Source: Amphiscolops sp. MND2022
Lineage: Eukaryota
Direction: 5' to 3'
Length of the DNA: 64,000 bases
Assembly: GCA_964187785.1 (NCBI GenBank)
Contig: OZ076411.1
Coordinates: 76,198,001-76,262,000, forward strand
Made by a program: the position numbers and the translations under genes. How positions within the stretch are numbered: the first letter of the stretch is position 1; each line of letters starts with the position of its first letter. The notes beneath the pieces were generated by a model. That model was not told where the DNA came from, did not search any database, and was given only the letters and a program-made list of their open reading frames with translations. Of the stretch, positions 37,818 through 50,238 are shown one piece after another.

Positions 37818-40800
37818 TGCCCCGATTTTGCTCTGATATACTTGAATTCTCTTAAGTTAGAACTGTTGCATCTCTGACCAAATCAGGACCTGATATAGCT
37901 TGCGGGGGATCTATGGGGAGCTTTCTAAGCTTGACTACTGCCCGCATCAGGGTTCCACTGGTTGTTCTGACTTTTGCAACACGATTTATCTCATCATTAC
38001 CGGAGTAAAGATCTATTACACGAGCCATTTTCCAGTGCAAAGGAAGTTGATTGTCCTCAGCAATGAAAACTAAATCACCTTTTGCGAATTCTGGACCGCT
38101 TGTGAGCCATCGTTTTCGTATTTGTAGCGTATCCAAGTAATCTTGATGCCAAGACTTCCAGAATGGAGATTTCAGTTTTTCCAGAAGCTTCAATCTGACA
38201 TTGAGATGTAAGTTTTCATCACTTTCACTTGCGGTCAGCGAATGTAAATCGTTCATCCCTCGTCCCAGTATAAAGTGAGCTGGAGTGAGCGGCTGTAAAT
38301 CATTGGGGTCAGCAGACATTGCAGTGAGAGGTCTAGAATTTGGAATTCCTTCGATTTGAAAAACGAAAGTGTTCAATTCATCATGAGTCAAGATTTGCGT
38401 ACCCACACAACGCCTCAAGTGTCGTTTCATTGATTTATTAGCTGCTTCCCAGAGTCCTCCGAAGTGTGGAGCTCTAGAAGGAATAGTAATCCATTCCATT
38501 CCACGACTATTGATGTAATTTTTGATTGAATTTTCATTTGTGTCTTTACTGAAAAGACTTTGAACTTTCGCAATGTTATTTCTGGCTCCAATGAAATTGG
38601 TACCATTGTCACTGAAAATCTTTTCTGGTGGTCCACGCCTTGCAACGAATCGTTTCAAAACTGCGATGCAAGAATCTTTTGTCAAACCAGTGTCTAATTC
38701 TATGTGAACAGCCTTTGTGGAAAAGCAAACGAAAACTGCAATCTATATCTTGTTGTCTGGCTTGGTGATAATAGGTCCTACCAAATCAATACTAACATTA
38801 ACGAAAGGTTTGATAGGCGTAACTCTCTCGGAAGGTAAGTCAGCCATAAGTTGAGCTAGAATTCCACTAGAGAATCGACTACATTTGACACAATTCCGGA
38901 TAAATTTGTTGGCAACAGTTTTACCTCGAATTATCCAGTATTATGATCTACTGGAGTTGAGCGTTAGCTGCCCCCCGCCATGAGGTGGTAGCTTCATGAA
39001 ATTGTCGTAAAATCAGTACTGGCAGATGAGAATCAGGGTGAAAGACATGAGGAAATTTTTAATACTCGGCAAAAGAACTTTTTGATAATCTACTACCAAC
39101 GCGGATTGTACCAGTATCTCCATAAAAAAAAAGACATAAGTTGAGAAGCTTGCCTTTTCTGCTTACTTTCTACCCAGCTTTCAAACGAAAAAAAAATCTT
39201 CTGTGAAGATTTCTTTTTGGTGAAGTGAAATGATGAGAAACTTCGCCTTTGCGCGTCTTGAGGGACTAAGACTCAAATGACTATTGACCTTTTGAAGTAG
39301 GTCAATAGCTAAATGCACGTTTGCTGCTACACGAATGACTTTGCTGAGAGTGCTGTTTCGTTTAATGTCAAATAGAGGTTCCACGTCTTGAGCGGCAGTG
39401 ACTGTAGTAGTGTTGAATTTCTGCTTTTGTTCTGTTTGTACAATTTTTCGCATTTCATCATCGATTTTTGAAGATAATTGAGGCCAAGTGTCCTCTTGAT
39501 GCAAGAACCAATTGGGACCGAACCACCAGAAGTTATTCGTGAGTAAGTCTTGGACCATCATTCCTCTTGATGCACAGTCTTCCGGATTCAAGTTGGACTT
39601 GACGTGATACCAATTTTCTCGAAGAAGAATTTGCTGAATTTCGGACACTCTATTGGCGACGAAACAGGTCCATGTTCGTGGTAGCTGCGAAAGCCATTGG
39701 AGAACTATCGTGGAATCAGTCCATCCATAGATAGTTGGGCTTGGTAGATTTGTGAGTGCAAAGACTTCCTTGATTTTGACAAGTAGCTTGATTCCAAGAT
39801 AGGCATCACAAAGTTCCAATCGAGGCAAAGAGACTGTTTTGATGGGTGCAACCCGTGTCTTGCTTGCGACGAGTTTCGAGACAATATGCCCGTCAATATC
39901 TGTCATCCGTGCGTAGATGACAGCGGCATATGCAATTTCAGAGGCATCTGTAAACGAATGAAGTTGAACATTCGCGATTTTCCCTTGAGGAGAGATACAT
40001 CGCTGTAGCTTGAGTTCTGCCAAATTGGGCAATTAATCTTTTATTTGTTTCCATTCATTCTGAATTTCTTTAGATACAAGTTGGTCCCATTCAAAACCTT
40101 GTACCCAGAGTTTTTGAAGTAAGACCTTAAATCTGATGACAATGGGAGAAAGCCACCCAACTGGATCGAACAACTTCGCTGTTTCTGAAAGTAACTGTCG
40201 TTTTGTCACGTTTCCTTCAATTGTTAAATTTGAGTAGAGACTGAAGTGATCTAAGTTGGGTTTCTGTGACACACCCAGCGTTTTTATTTGGTAATTGTTA
40301 TCCATGAATTTATCTTGGTTGGTGCTTTCTCGTAGATTTTCTGGCAAAGACAAGGTGATTTCATGATGACTATAAGCCCACTTCCGTAGCTCAGATCCAT
40401 AATTGCTCAAAACTGCGCAAATTTCATCTACTTTTGTTTTTGCATCTTCAATTGAATCGGTACCAGATAAATAGTCATCAACATAGAAATCGTTTTTTAT
40501 TGATTGAGCGTTATCTTTGTCTTTACACAGATTGGCGACTTCTACAACACTTCGAGTTGAATGAAATGCCGAGGAAGCAATTCCATAGGTAACACGAGTC
40601 TTTCGAAACTGCTTGATGAAGTCTGTGTTTGAATCCCACCATAAAAGTCTGTGAAAAACTTTTGCAGCCTGTTCTAATGCAATTTGTCGGTACATTTTTG
40701 CGATATCTCCCGATAGAGCAACTTTATGCAACCGAAAACGAATAAGAATTGAAAACAAATCTTGTTATACTGTTGGTCCTATCATGAGAGAACCATTGAG

Positions 40801-43250
40801 TGAATTGCCAATACTGGATTTGGCAGATCCGTCAAATACCACACGCAACTTTGTGGTTGTTGAATCCTCCTTGTGAACACATTGATGTGGCAGGAAGTTT
40901 AATTGATGATCAGGTTTTACAATTTCATTGTCAGGAACAGGTTCAAGATGATTGAGATTGATGAATTCGTGATTAAAATCGGTGTATTTTTTTAAGATTT
41001 GGCTTTGAATTTAGACGTTTTTCAAGATTTAGAAAACGACATTTCGCTTGAGTAAAAGTATCTCCCAATGGAGAACTGTCAGGTTTGAAAGGCATACCAA
41101 CATGAAATCTGTTATCTTCGATGTAGGTAGTTTCCTTGAAATGCTTCTCACAAGCAATTTCTTCATCACTGTACCTTTTTGCATCAGGGACTTCCTCAAG
41201 CTCCCAAAATTGTTTCAGGTTGAAGGAGTTGGTGATACATAGTGAAGTGGTGACGACATTTGATTGATGGTCTCTTGTAACACCAGATGCAGTCCAGCCA
41301 AATATGGTGTTTCTGAAATGAAGACCATTGTCTTCTTGAAATTTTCCGTCAAGGAAGATTTGCTCTGCAATAACAGAGTCCAAGATCATTTCCACTTTTC
41401 TGGGTTTATTGAATTCAGGGTCTGCTAAATCCACTGACCTTAAATGGAAACATTTGGCAATACTGAATTCGCGTTCAGGTAGTACTTGGGTAAGGCTGGG
41501 TAAGACATATGCATTGACTGTAATGGCACTATGACCAGAACTTGGTTTCAATCGCAAACTAACACTACCGGAACGGTAAGTTTTGGAAACATTTCGAATT
41601 CCGTTGATGGTAAGTTTTTGTTTATGACATTTCAAATTCATCCGCTGCACTGCGGACTCTGAGATCAAACTGATCTGTGATCCGGTGTCGATCATGGCTC
41701 GACACATGGTGATTTTTGAAGAATCACTTTCAACGGGAACCATTGCAGTAGGAACGATGCCAGAGGCAATTCCAGCAGTCGCCTGGTTTGTGGTAAATGA
41801 ACCAGAAACAGCTCCTTCTGGTGCATCAGGTAAGTGTAACAACGAGATGTGTTTTGAATGGCATGTTTTGCAAGTATGCTTTGACTTGCATTCCTAAGTG
41901 CTGTGACAAAAGTTCAGACAATTAAAGCATAAATTCGACGTCCAAACGAGATTTTTGCGGTCCTTAGGACTCATGTTAGTGAATTTCTTGCAAGAATAAG
42001 TTCTATGATTTTCCGAACAACAAGGACACTTTTCAACAATAGCCTTGTAGTTTTGAGTAGGTTGAGATTTCTCTTGAGAATTACTTTTAAGATGTGGACA
42101 TTCTGAAGCCTTGGGAACTGATTTCGTGGCTGATTCAAGAGCTTGAGCTCTTCTGCCAATAAACTCTCGTAACTGCGTCAGGGTTTGTGGTTTGGTACCA
42201 GGGTAGTCGTTTTCCCAAAGAGCCCTCGAAGCTTGATCCAACCTTTCTGCAATCATTCGAACACCAATGAAGTCTTCTAAATTGTCTCCGAGTTCTAGAG
42301 CCTTGATCGCCATCAAATTTTCTTCGAAAGTGACAAACAATTTGCGTAACTCAGATGTCGAATTGCCCGTCATTGACTTCAAATCGAAGATAACATCTAA
42401 ATGACTGTTAAGAATCAATCTAGGATTGTTATAGCCGTCAACAAGCGACTTCAAAGCATTTGGATGATTCGAGCTTGATAACGGCAAGTGAGCAACTAAT
42501 TGAAGAACTTCGTTGATAAGTGAGGTTTTCAGATAATTGAATTTTTGGATTACTGGAATGCTGGGGTTATTATCAACTGAGGCCATAAACGGAGTGTACG
42601 CCTTTGATCTAATTCATTAGGTCTAATGGAATTAAATCAAACTTTCAGATCTAATTTAGGTCCAACTTTAGGTCTAACTTTCAGATCTAATTTTATCTAA
42701 AATACTTAGTCTAACCCCTTTATGATCTAATATGTGTTCTGAAAGCGAAAATATAATGTGGGGCATGTGCGATGTATGCACGCTCGCCCTCACCGTCGCA
42801 AAGATCAGCTCCACTACGATCGCTCCGCGATCTCCGTTCCCGCTAGGTCTTTGCTCCTGTTCGACCTCGCTTAGCAAGATGGGAATATAGGCGGCCCCAA
42901 GGGGCCGCGGGGAACTAGAGGAATTGGGGACATATCCGAGGCACGTTTTATACTTCATATCACTTTTTAGTTTTAGATCCTCATTGACTTATTGTTTTTC
43001 TCAAATTAGATCAACTTAGAAGAGATTTTTAGACCTGATTATTTAGATCAATTTATTTAGATCTCAGTTTTGCTTCCTCTCTTAGATCTATTTCATTAGA
43101 CCTGATTCCACGCACCTGCCATAAACTGCTCATAGAACGGAACCCACTTCTTGTATTCACCATTGAATTTCGGCAGGTCGAATTTGGGCATCTTGATAAG
43201 GCTGCTGTGACTAATGGATGTGGCGTTTGTTGGTTCTGGAAGGGGTGCTG
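37818..43250 (-). mobile_element. Degenerate BEL/Pao gag-pol, 5'-truncated by the composite repeat
   Basis: MPKFDLPKFNGEYKKW, QKFNYLK, CPCCSENH, AMIDTGSQISLI, GDIAKMYRQI, FYVDDYL, LHSFTDASEIAYAA, LPRLELC, FSDNGTNF, APHFGGLWEAA, LTPAHF; PPT-like AAATCGGGGCA before TGTTAC at 37817. Confidence 0.94.
42591..43117. mobile_element. Non-autonomous DNA transposon (9-bp TSD, MULE/Merlin-like) inserted in BEL gag
   Basis: TSD GCCATAAAC at 42582-42590 and 43118-43126; removal restores gag ...FYEQFMASVDNNP...; weak TIRs; many TAG(A/G)TCTAA subterminal repeats. Confidence 0.85.
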
Positions 43251-43604
43251 GCCATGCTTCAATGTTGGTCCTTGGCATGAGAGCGGAGCGATCGAATCAC
43301 ACAACAAATATGCCAAAAATATTTCGTTTGTTGTTGTTTCCTAAAGATTTCGGTAAAAATTGAATTCAGTTTTGTTCTGAATAAGTTGTTTTTAGCCATT
43401 GTTGCTTTAGTTAGAATGGACTTGGTTTAATTTTGTGGTCATTTGGCATAAAATTCTGTAGCCAATTGACCCGACGAATAATTTAAGCCAAATGTCTTAA
43501 AGCCAAGTGACTTGTGACCTGGCTCCCTCCGCCAAGTAGCAACATTGAGGTTTGGGTATAAGGATTGTCGCTTCGCTCCTGCATTTAGGGCACTAGGGGT
43601 ATAA

Positions 43605-44158
43605 GGTAAATGGTCACTTGGCTTAATGCCATTTGGCTTAAAGTCAGTTGGCTTAATACAATTGGTCACATGGCTTAATTTTTTTAAGCTAGGTGTCTCG
43701 GGTATTGGTCACTTGGCTTAAAGTCATTTGACTTAATACCACTTAGTTGAAAACTTGTGGCAGATTTTGTCGAATTTATCTTGATAACGTAGTCAGCGTA
43801 TTATTATAACATATATCAAGTACCCCTCGGATATGTCCCCATTTCCTCTAGTGCGCTGCGGCCCCTTGGGGCCGCTTATGTTCCCGTCTTGCTAAGCGAG
43901 GTCGAACAGGAGCAAAGACCTAGCGGGAACGAAGATCGCGAAGCGATCGTAGTAGGAGCTGGTCTTTGCGACGGTGAGGGCGAGCGTGCATACACCGTAA
44001 ATTCCCCTAGTTATGATATTTCCGGGAGTTGACATATTTGTTCCTTGAGTTGGAATGGAGTTGGCTTAATTTTGTGGTCACTTGGCTTAAAATTTTTAAG
44101 CCAAATGACTCGACGAAAAAATCAAGCCAAATGGTATTAAGCCAGGTGACTGGTAACC
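43605..44158. mobile_element. Non-autonomous DNA transposon (8-bp TSD, GGT termini, Merlin-like)
   Basis: TSD GGGTATAA at 43597-43604 and 44159-44166; TIRs GGTAAATGGTCACTTGGCTTA / GGTTACCAGTCACCTGGCTTA; empty site visible at ~35110. Confidence 0.85.
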
Positions 44159-44991
44159 GGGTATAAGAGCATAGCTGATAACGTTAAACAATAATTCCGA
44201 CACGCGTTTTCATGTTGGTGAATTCAATTCGATTTCAATTTTCAGCCAATCAGATTGCAGTATAAACAAATATTCTGCTCGCTCCCATGTTTCCTATGTT
44301 GGTTGAATTTTTTTGTCTGCCGCCCGGGCAGGGGGCACATTATGAATAAAGAAGCGTTTTTTACAAAAAACACTGATTGATGACGACTGTTGTTCCATGA
44401 GTTGTAAATTTTTGTCGAATTTATGACAGCGACTCACAATGGGCAGTAGTGACAAGTGGAGTGCCCCAAGGGTCAGTCCTGGGACCAATACTTTTCCTTC
44501 TTTACATCAACTCCATGTCAAATGGCGTAACATCCAAAATGTTCTACTTTGCTGATGACGCGAAAGTTTACAGAGCAATCACCAACCTAGCAGAGCAGGA
44601 AGAACTACAAAAGGATCTTTACAAGTTGAAGAAGTGGTCCAATGGCGGTGATCTCGAGTTCAATCTGACAAAATGTCACCAGCTTAAACTGAGTTTAAGA
44701 ACAACATCATCAAATAGAACGTAATCCCTGGATGGTACAACACCCTTGACAAGGGTTAACAGTGAGAAAGACCTCTGAATTATAATCGATACAAAACTCT
44801 CCTTTCACGAACACATTCCAAAGAAAACAAAAACAGCTACTGGCATTTTAGCGATCATTAAAAAAGGCTTCCTGAATGTTATTGCAGGAATCATCAAAAC
44901 ACTGTACAAAACTCTCGTTAGACCTCATCTAGAGTACGCCAACCAGTCCTGGAAACCGTATCTGAAGAAACATATATTGAAGTTAGAAAGT

Positions 44992-47900
44992 TGTTAGAGA
45001 TCGATGAAGGTCAAAGGACCATTAAAGGTCAACTATCTCAGACTATACCAGACTGAACTAATTGAGTATATTTTTGTTGTTCGTAAACATGTACCTGTTG
45101 TTTTATCTTCACTTGACTGAATCACTTTATCAACTCACAACACAAAATAAAGTATTGACAATAACCACTCTTCACCAATCTTCCGACAACCCAGCTACGA
45201 CCAAAAGGAGCCCAGGCCCTAATAGGTTATGGACCCAGCAATTTGGTGAGTTTGCCTTTTCCTTAAAAAAAACCTTTTTCTGCTAACTTTGACTATGCTC
45301 GTCTGATCTTATTTTTCGCTCTCCATTTTTCCTTTTTGCGTCTCGGATATCCACAACTTTTGCTATTTGTGCCGTCCGTTACCGCCTTTCGCTTTCGCTA
45401 ACTTTGTAGCTTATCTTCGTGGGAATCCCTGTTTTGCTGCCCTCATTTTTGTTTCAGTTACTTCTTTCTGCCTGTTTCGGGCTTTTGTTGGAGTTTGTGA
45501 GGGATGGATCGACCTTTGCAGTATCTCCAGTTCTCTGGCAAGGAAGAAGATTTCGCTGTGTGGCAGGTGCGATTCGAGGGGTTCTGTTTCACGAAGAAGC
45601 TGCTGAACGTGCTGAATGGAACAGATGCTGGCACGAATGACAAGAAGTACGAAATTTGGGCGTACTTGGTACAGTGTCTTGACAGCCGCAGTATCCTGAT
45701 GCTGACGAACGACTGCAAGGGTGATGGTCCGAAGGCATGGCAACTACTGCGGGACCACTTCAACAGCACCGAAACACCGAGGTTGATGAACCTATTGGAG
45801 AAGTTCACAACCCTGCGTTTGGAGCCCACGGAGAGCATGGTTGACTACCTGACTCGAGCGGAGTAGGTGAGAAAGCAGTTGGAGCTCGCTGGTGAGAAAG
45901 TTTCTGAAAACATGTTAACTTCGATAGTTCTTAAGGGTTTGCCTTCCGAATATGACTATTTCAAAACTGTGCACGATTTTTCGAAAGATCAGGCGTCTTT
46001 TGCGGAAGTAAAGAAAGTATTAAAAAATTTCGAAAGTTCTCGTAACCTACAAACTGCGACAGCTAGCAATGAAAATGTTGCCTTGTTATCCAAAGGAACT
46101 GTTGCGAAAAGTTCCGCGCGTAAACCTGAAAAGTTCAATGAAAAGTGTAGGCGTTGCGGTAAAAGTGGACATGAACAAGCCACTTGTAGAGTATCCCAGT
46201 GTAACTTTTGAAGGCGTTTTGGCCATGAAGAGAATAAATGTTTCAAGAAAAACCCTCTTTTGAACCCTAAGTCAAGTGCTGAGACAGGAGAGTCAAACCT
46301 AGCTGAGGACTTAGTTTTCTTTTGCGATGGTAGTGAGACTGCACTCACTAGCCAAAAATGCGAGGTGAAAGAGCACACTTTGGTCATCGACTCTGGTGCT
46401 TCCTCGCATATGTTTTTTGACCGTTCCCCGTTCTTCGACTTTAGCGAAGAAACACAACGCAAAGTAAAAAATGCGAATGGGACTTTTTCGCAAGTTGAGG
46501 GTGTTGGAAAAGTTTCTCTTTTACTTTTGGACAAAGAAGGGATCGAACGCTGTGTGACATTTTCCGACTGTCTTTTTCTTCCTGATCATTCTCATAACTT
46601 GATCAGTGTTAGCAAGTTGAGACAAAACGGGGCTCAAGTGAATTTCGGAAAATCTCTGAGCATTTTTGTCAATGAAAGAGCAACTAATCCCTTTGAAGAG
46701 CACGCTAATCTTTACGTTTTGAAAGGAAAGACATTTGATTTTTGCTCTTTTTCCGGCGAAAACGAAAAAGCGGTGTTGTGGCATCATCGCCTTGGTCACA
46801 ACAATTTCAAAAATGTGAAACGTTTGGCTCATCATGTTTCGGGGATGAGCTTGAAACACAGTGCTTTTGACAAACTTTGTTGTTGTGAAGTTTGCAAAAT
46901 TTCTAAGTCACGACGGCAACCAGTATCGCGAAAAATGGAGACACGAAAATCTTCAAAACTTGATCTCGTCTTCACTGACATTTTGGGACCGATGCCAACT
47001 ACTTCGCTTGGTGGCAATCGATACGCTATTACTTTTAGCTTCAGCTACGGACAGCTACAGCAGGTACTCAGCGGTATATTTCCTCAAATCGAAAGAGGAG
47101 TGCCTAGATAAATTCAAAGTTTTTTGTGCGCAAGTGGGAACGCCCAGAGCATTCCGTTCTGATAATGGGAAAGAGTACATTTCCAAGTCTTTTCGAAGTT
47201 TTTGTATATCAAACCGAATCAAACGTGAGCATACTGCCCCTTATTCGCCTCATCAAAATGGCGTGAGTGAACGTCGCTGGCGAACAACAGTCGAAATGGC
47301 TCGCTGCATGCTAAAAACAGCAAAACTCGGCAATGAATTTTGGGTTCGGGCCTTACACACTGCTTTCTACATTTCAAATCGTTGCCTCACAGTTAGTTTA
47401 CCAAATGGTAAAACGCCCTTCGAAATGTTTTTTGGTAAAAAACCAGATCTTTCCAATATGAAAGTTTTTGGTTGTACTGCTTTCAAACACATTGAAACGC
47501 ATCAAGACAAACTTTCCGATAAAGCCACCAAAGAAGTTTTTGTTGGTTATTCTGAGGATTCCGAAGCATACATTCTGTACAATCCTTATTCTAAAAAGAC
47601 TTCGTTTTCTCGCAACGTCTCCTTTGATGAGACTTCTTTTGACTTTTTTGCTGCGCACCCAAGTCAAAACATCCGAGCATTTGTAACCAAAAAACCGGCA
47701 CCGAAACAAGTTTTGACTGAAACACAGAAACATTTTTGCGAAATGTCTTCAGTTCCTATTTTACCGACTGAAACATTGAATGATTTCGAAACTGAAACAA
47801 CTCCTAACCCCGTTGATGTTGTTTCATCTGAAAACATTGATGCCAATGAAAATAGTGCTTTTTTGCGGTCTCGAAGTGGGAGATATATCAAACCGCCTGC

Positions 47901-50238
47901 GTATCTAGACGACTACGTTCTTTTAACGGATGACGGCGTTGAGAATCTAACTTATCGTGAAGCAATGAAGTCATCGCTTAAAAGCGAATGGATCGAAGCT
48001 ACTCGAAAGGAGTACGATGCGCTCATTGAGAACAAAACCTGGGTGCTTTCTCCGCTTCCCCCGGGCCGAAAAGCAATTGGAAGCCGGTGGGTTTTTAAAA
48101 TTAGGCGACACGACGACGGAACTATTGAAAAATTCAAGGCTCGTTTCGTAGCCCAATGGTTTTCGCAAGTTTTTGGGAACGATTACGATGAAACGTTTGC
48201 GCCTACTGCCAAACTTTGTTCCTTGAGGATTTGTTTTGCGCTCGCTGCTTCTTGGTCGACTTTTGTTTTTCAGTTAGACGTCCGTTCAGCCTTCCTCAAT
48301 ACGAACTTGAGTGATGAAATTTATATAGAACAACCAGAAGGCTTCGCGCAAGCGGGGGCTAATGGTGAAACACTTTATTGCAAGCTTCAAAAATGCCTTT
48401 ATGGTTTAAAGCAAGCAGGGAGGGAATGGAACAAAACTTTAACCCAGTGGTTTTTGAAGAACGAATTTGTACAGTCTGCCAAGGATCATTGTCTTTTTCG
48501 TTGCGATGGGACTAATGGTTCCCAACTTTTTGTACTAGTTTGGGTCGACGACATTTTGTACTTTTCAAACAACGACAAAATGCTGCATGATTTCAAGGCG
48601 TAACTCAGCGATGCATTCAGCATCGATGATCGTGGGAAAATGACTTGGTTTTTCGGATGCAATGTTGAACAGTCACGCGGTCGCATTTCTCTTAGTCAGC
48701 GGTCATATATAAAGGACATTTTGCGCAAAAGTCATATGTCTGGTTGTAAACCAGTCAGTACTCCAGCTATTCCCCATACGAAACAGTCAAAATCGGACTG
48801 CCCTATCGAAGGTAGTGAAAATTCACTTGATATTTGCGAACAGAAACAATATAGTAGCTTAGTTGGAAACTTAATGTATTTGTCCGTTGTTAGTCGCCCC
48901 GATATTTGCTCTGCTGTCTATAACTTAGCACAATTCGTTTCAAATCCTGGTAAAGCCCATTGGTGTGCATTGAAACACCTTCTCCGTTTTCTCAAGGGCA
49001 CCGAGTCTCTATCTCTTGTGTATAACCGCTCTGAAAATCTCGAACTTTCTGGTTTTTCGGATTCCGATTGGGCCACCGACAAGGACGATCGCAAGTCAAC
49101 TTCGGGTTTTTGCTTCCAACTAAGTCGTTCTGGTAGTGTTGTCTCTTGGGCGTCCAAAAAGCAAGGGTGTGTGGCACTTAGCTCTTGTGAAGCCGAGTAT
49201 GTTTCGTTGGCTTTGGCTGCACATGAAGCAGTCTATTTGCAAGGCTTGCTCACATTCTTCTGCTTGATGACGGTGGACACGCCTGTTCTGTTGTGTGGTG
49301 ACAATCAAGGGGCACTCGCACTGGCCAGCAACCCTGTCGCCCACAAACGTGCTAAACACATAGAAACCCGACACCACTTCATCCGTCAACTGGTTGAGGA
49401 CAAACGCATTCAACTGTCTTATGTCTCCACAAAAAACGGGTGAACGGAAATGGGTCAAAAGAAATGGGTCGAATCGGCCTCCTGTGCCATGGGTCGAATC
49501 TTCACCGTTTCGGAATTGGGTCGAATGGACTTGGGTCGACCTTGGAAAATGCCAAGTTCAAGGGAGACAACATATTGATTTCGACCCAAGTCCATTCGAC
49601 CCAATTCGACCTCAGTCAATTCGACCTAAGTTATTCGACCAAAAGGGTCGACCTAATTCTTTTCGACCTATTTCATTCGACCCATTTCATGCAATCCACA
49701 AAAAACAACTTGGCTGATATCTTCACCAAGAACCTACCCAAGCCTACCTTCAATGAGCTCTCATCGCAACTCTTCGTCATTCAGCCACCCCGATCAACAA
49801 CTTAACCCTTGCCTCCCTCACAACTCAATTATTTTACATTTCTCATTATTGTGTTTATGTTATCACTGGGACTATGACGACTTTCAGCTTCTCTTCAACT
49901 GATGGATAGAGCCATCTCAACCGCTGCCTTGACACGACAGATGGTCAAGCAAAGTGGTTCGCCATCATCAAACAACAACCCTCGGAGTCTCTCATCGAGC
50001 GGGGGTGTTAGAGATCGATGAAAGTCAGAGGACCATTGAAGGTCAACCATCTCAGACTATACCAGACTGAACTAATTTAGTATATTATTGTTGTTTGTAA
50101 ACATGTACCTGTTATTTTATCTTCACTTGACTGAATCACTTTATCAACTCTTAGCACAAAATAAAGTATTGACAATAACCACTCTTCACCAATCTTCCGA
50201 CAACCCAGCTACGACCAGAAGGAGCCCAGGCCCTAATA
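44992..50238 (+). mobile_element. Full-length Ty1/copia element (inactive), 5-bp TSD
   Basis: 233-bp LTRs 44992-45224 and 50006-50238 (about 12 differences); TSD AAAGT; PBS GGTTATGGACCCAGC (45225-45239); PPT GAGCGGGGG; gag knuckle CRRCGKSGH, VIDSGASSHM, LWHHRLGH, FRSDNGKEY, HQNGVSER, YGLKQAG, VWVDDI, GFSDSDWA; several stops and frameshifts. Confidence 0.97.
49438..49697. mobile_element. 260-bp MITE (9-bp TSD) inserted in copia RNase H
   Basis: TSD ACAAAAAAC at 49429-49437 and 49698-49706; removal restores YVSTKNNLADIFTK; imperfect TIR ..GAAATGGGTC; GGGTCGA repeats on the left, TCGACC repeats on the right. Confidence 0.92.

Noticed and set aside
44545-44562. CTGATGA-CGC-GAAA, a hammerhead-like core
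   Set aside because: It is the RT codons FADDAK; no stem II or flanking stems.
45062-45286. Similar ORFs at 45062 and 50088
   Set aside because: Frames running through the copia LTRs; the 3' part of 50088-50648 is the CR1 RT tail.
49438-49697. CRISPR-like or coding interpretation of the GGGTCGA repeats (ORFs 49394-49717, 49440-49805)
   Set aside because: Repeats are 6-7 nt, mirror-oriented, bounded by TIRs and a TSD; no cas genes; eukaryotic context.
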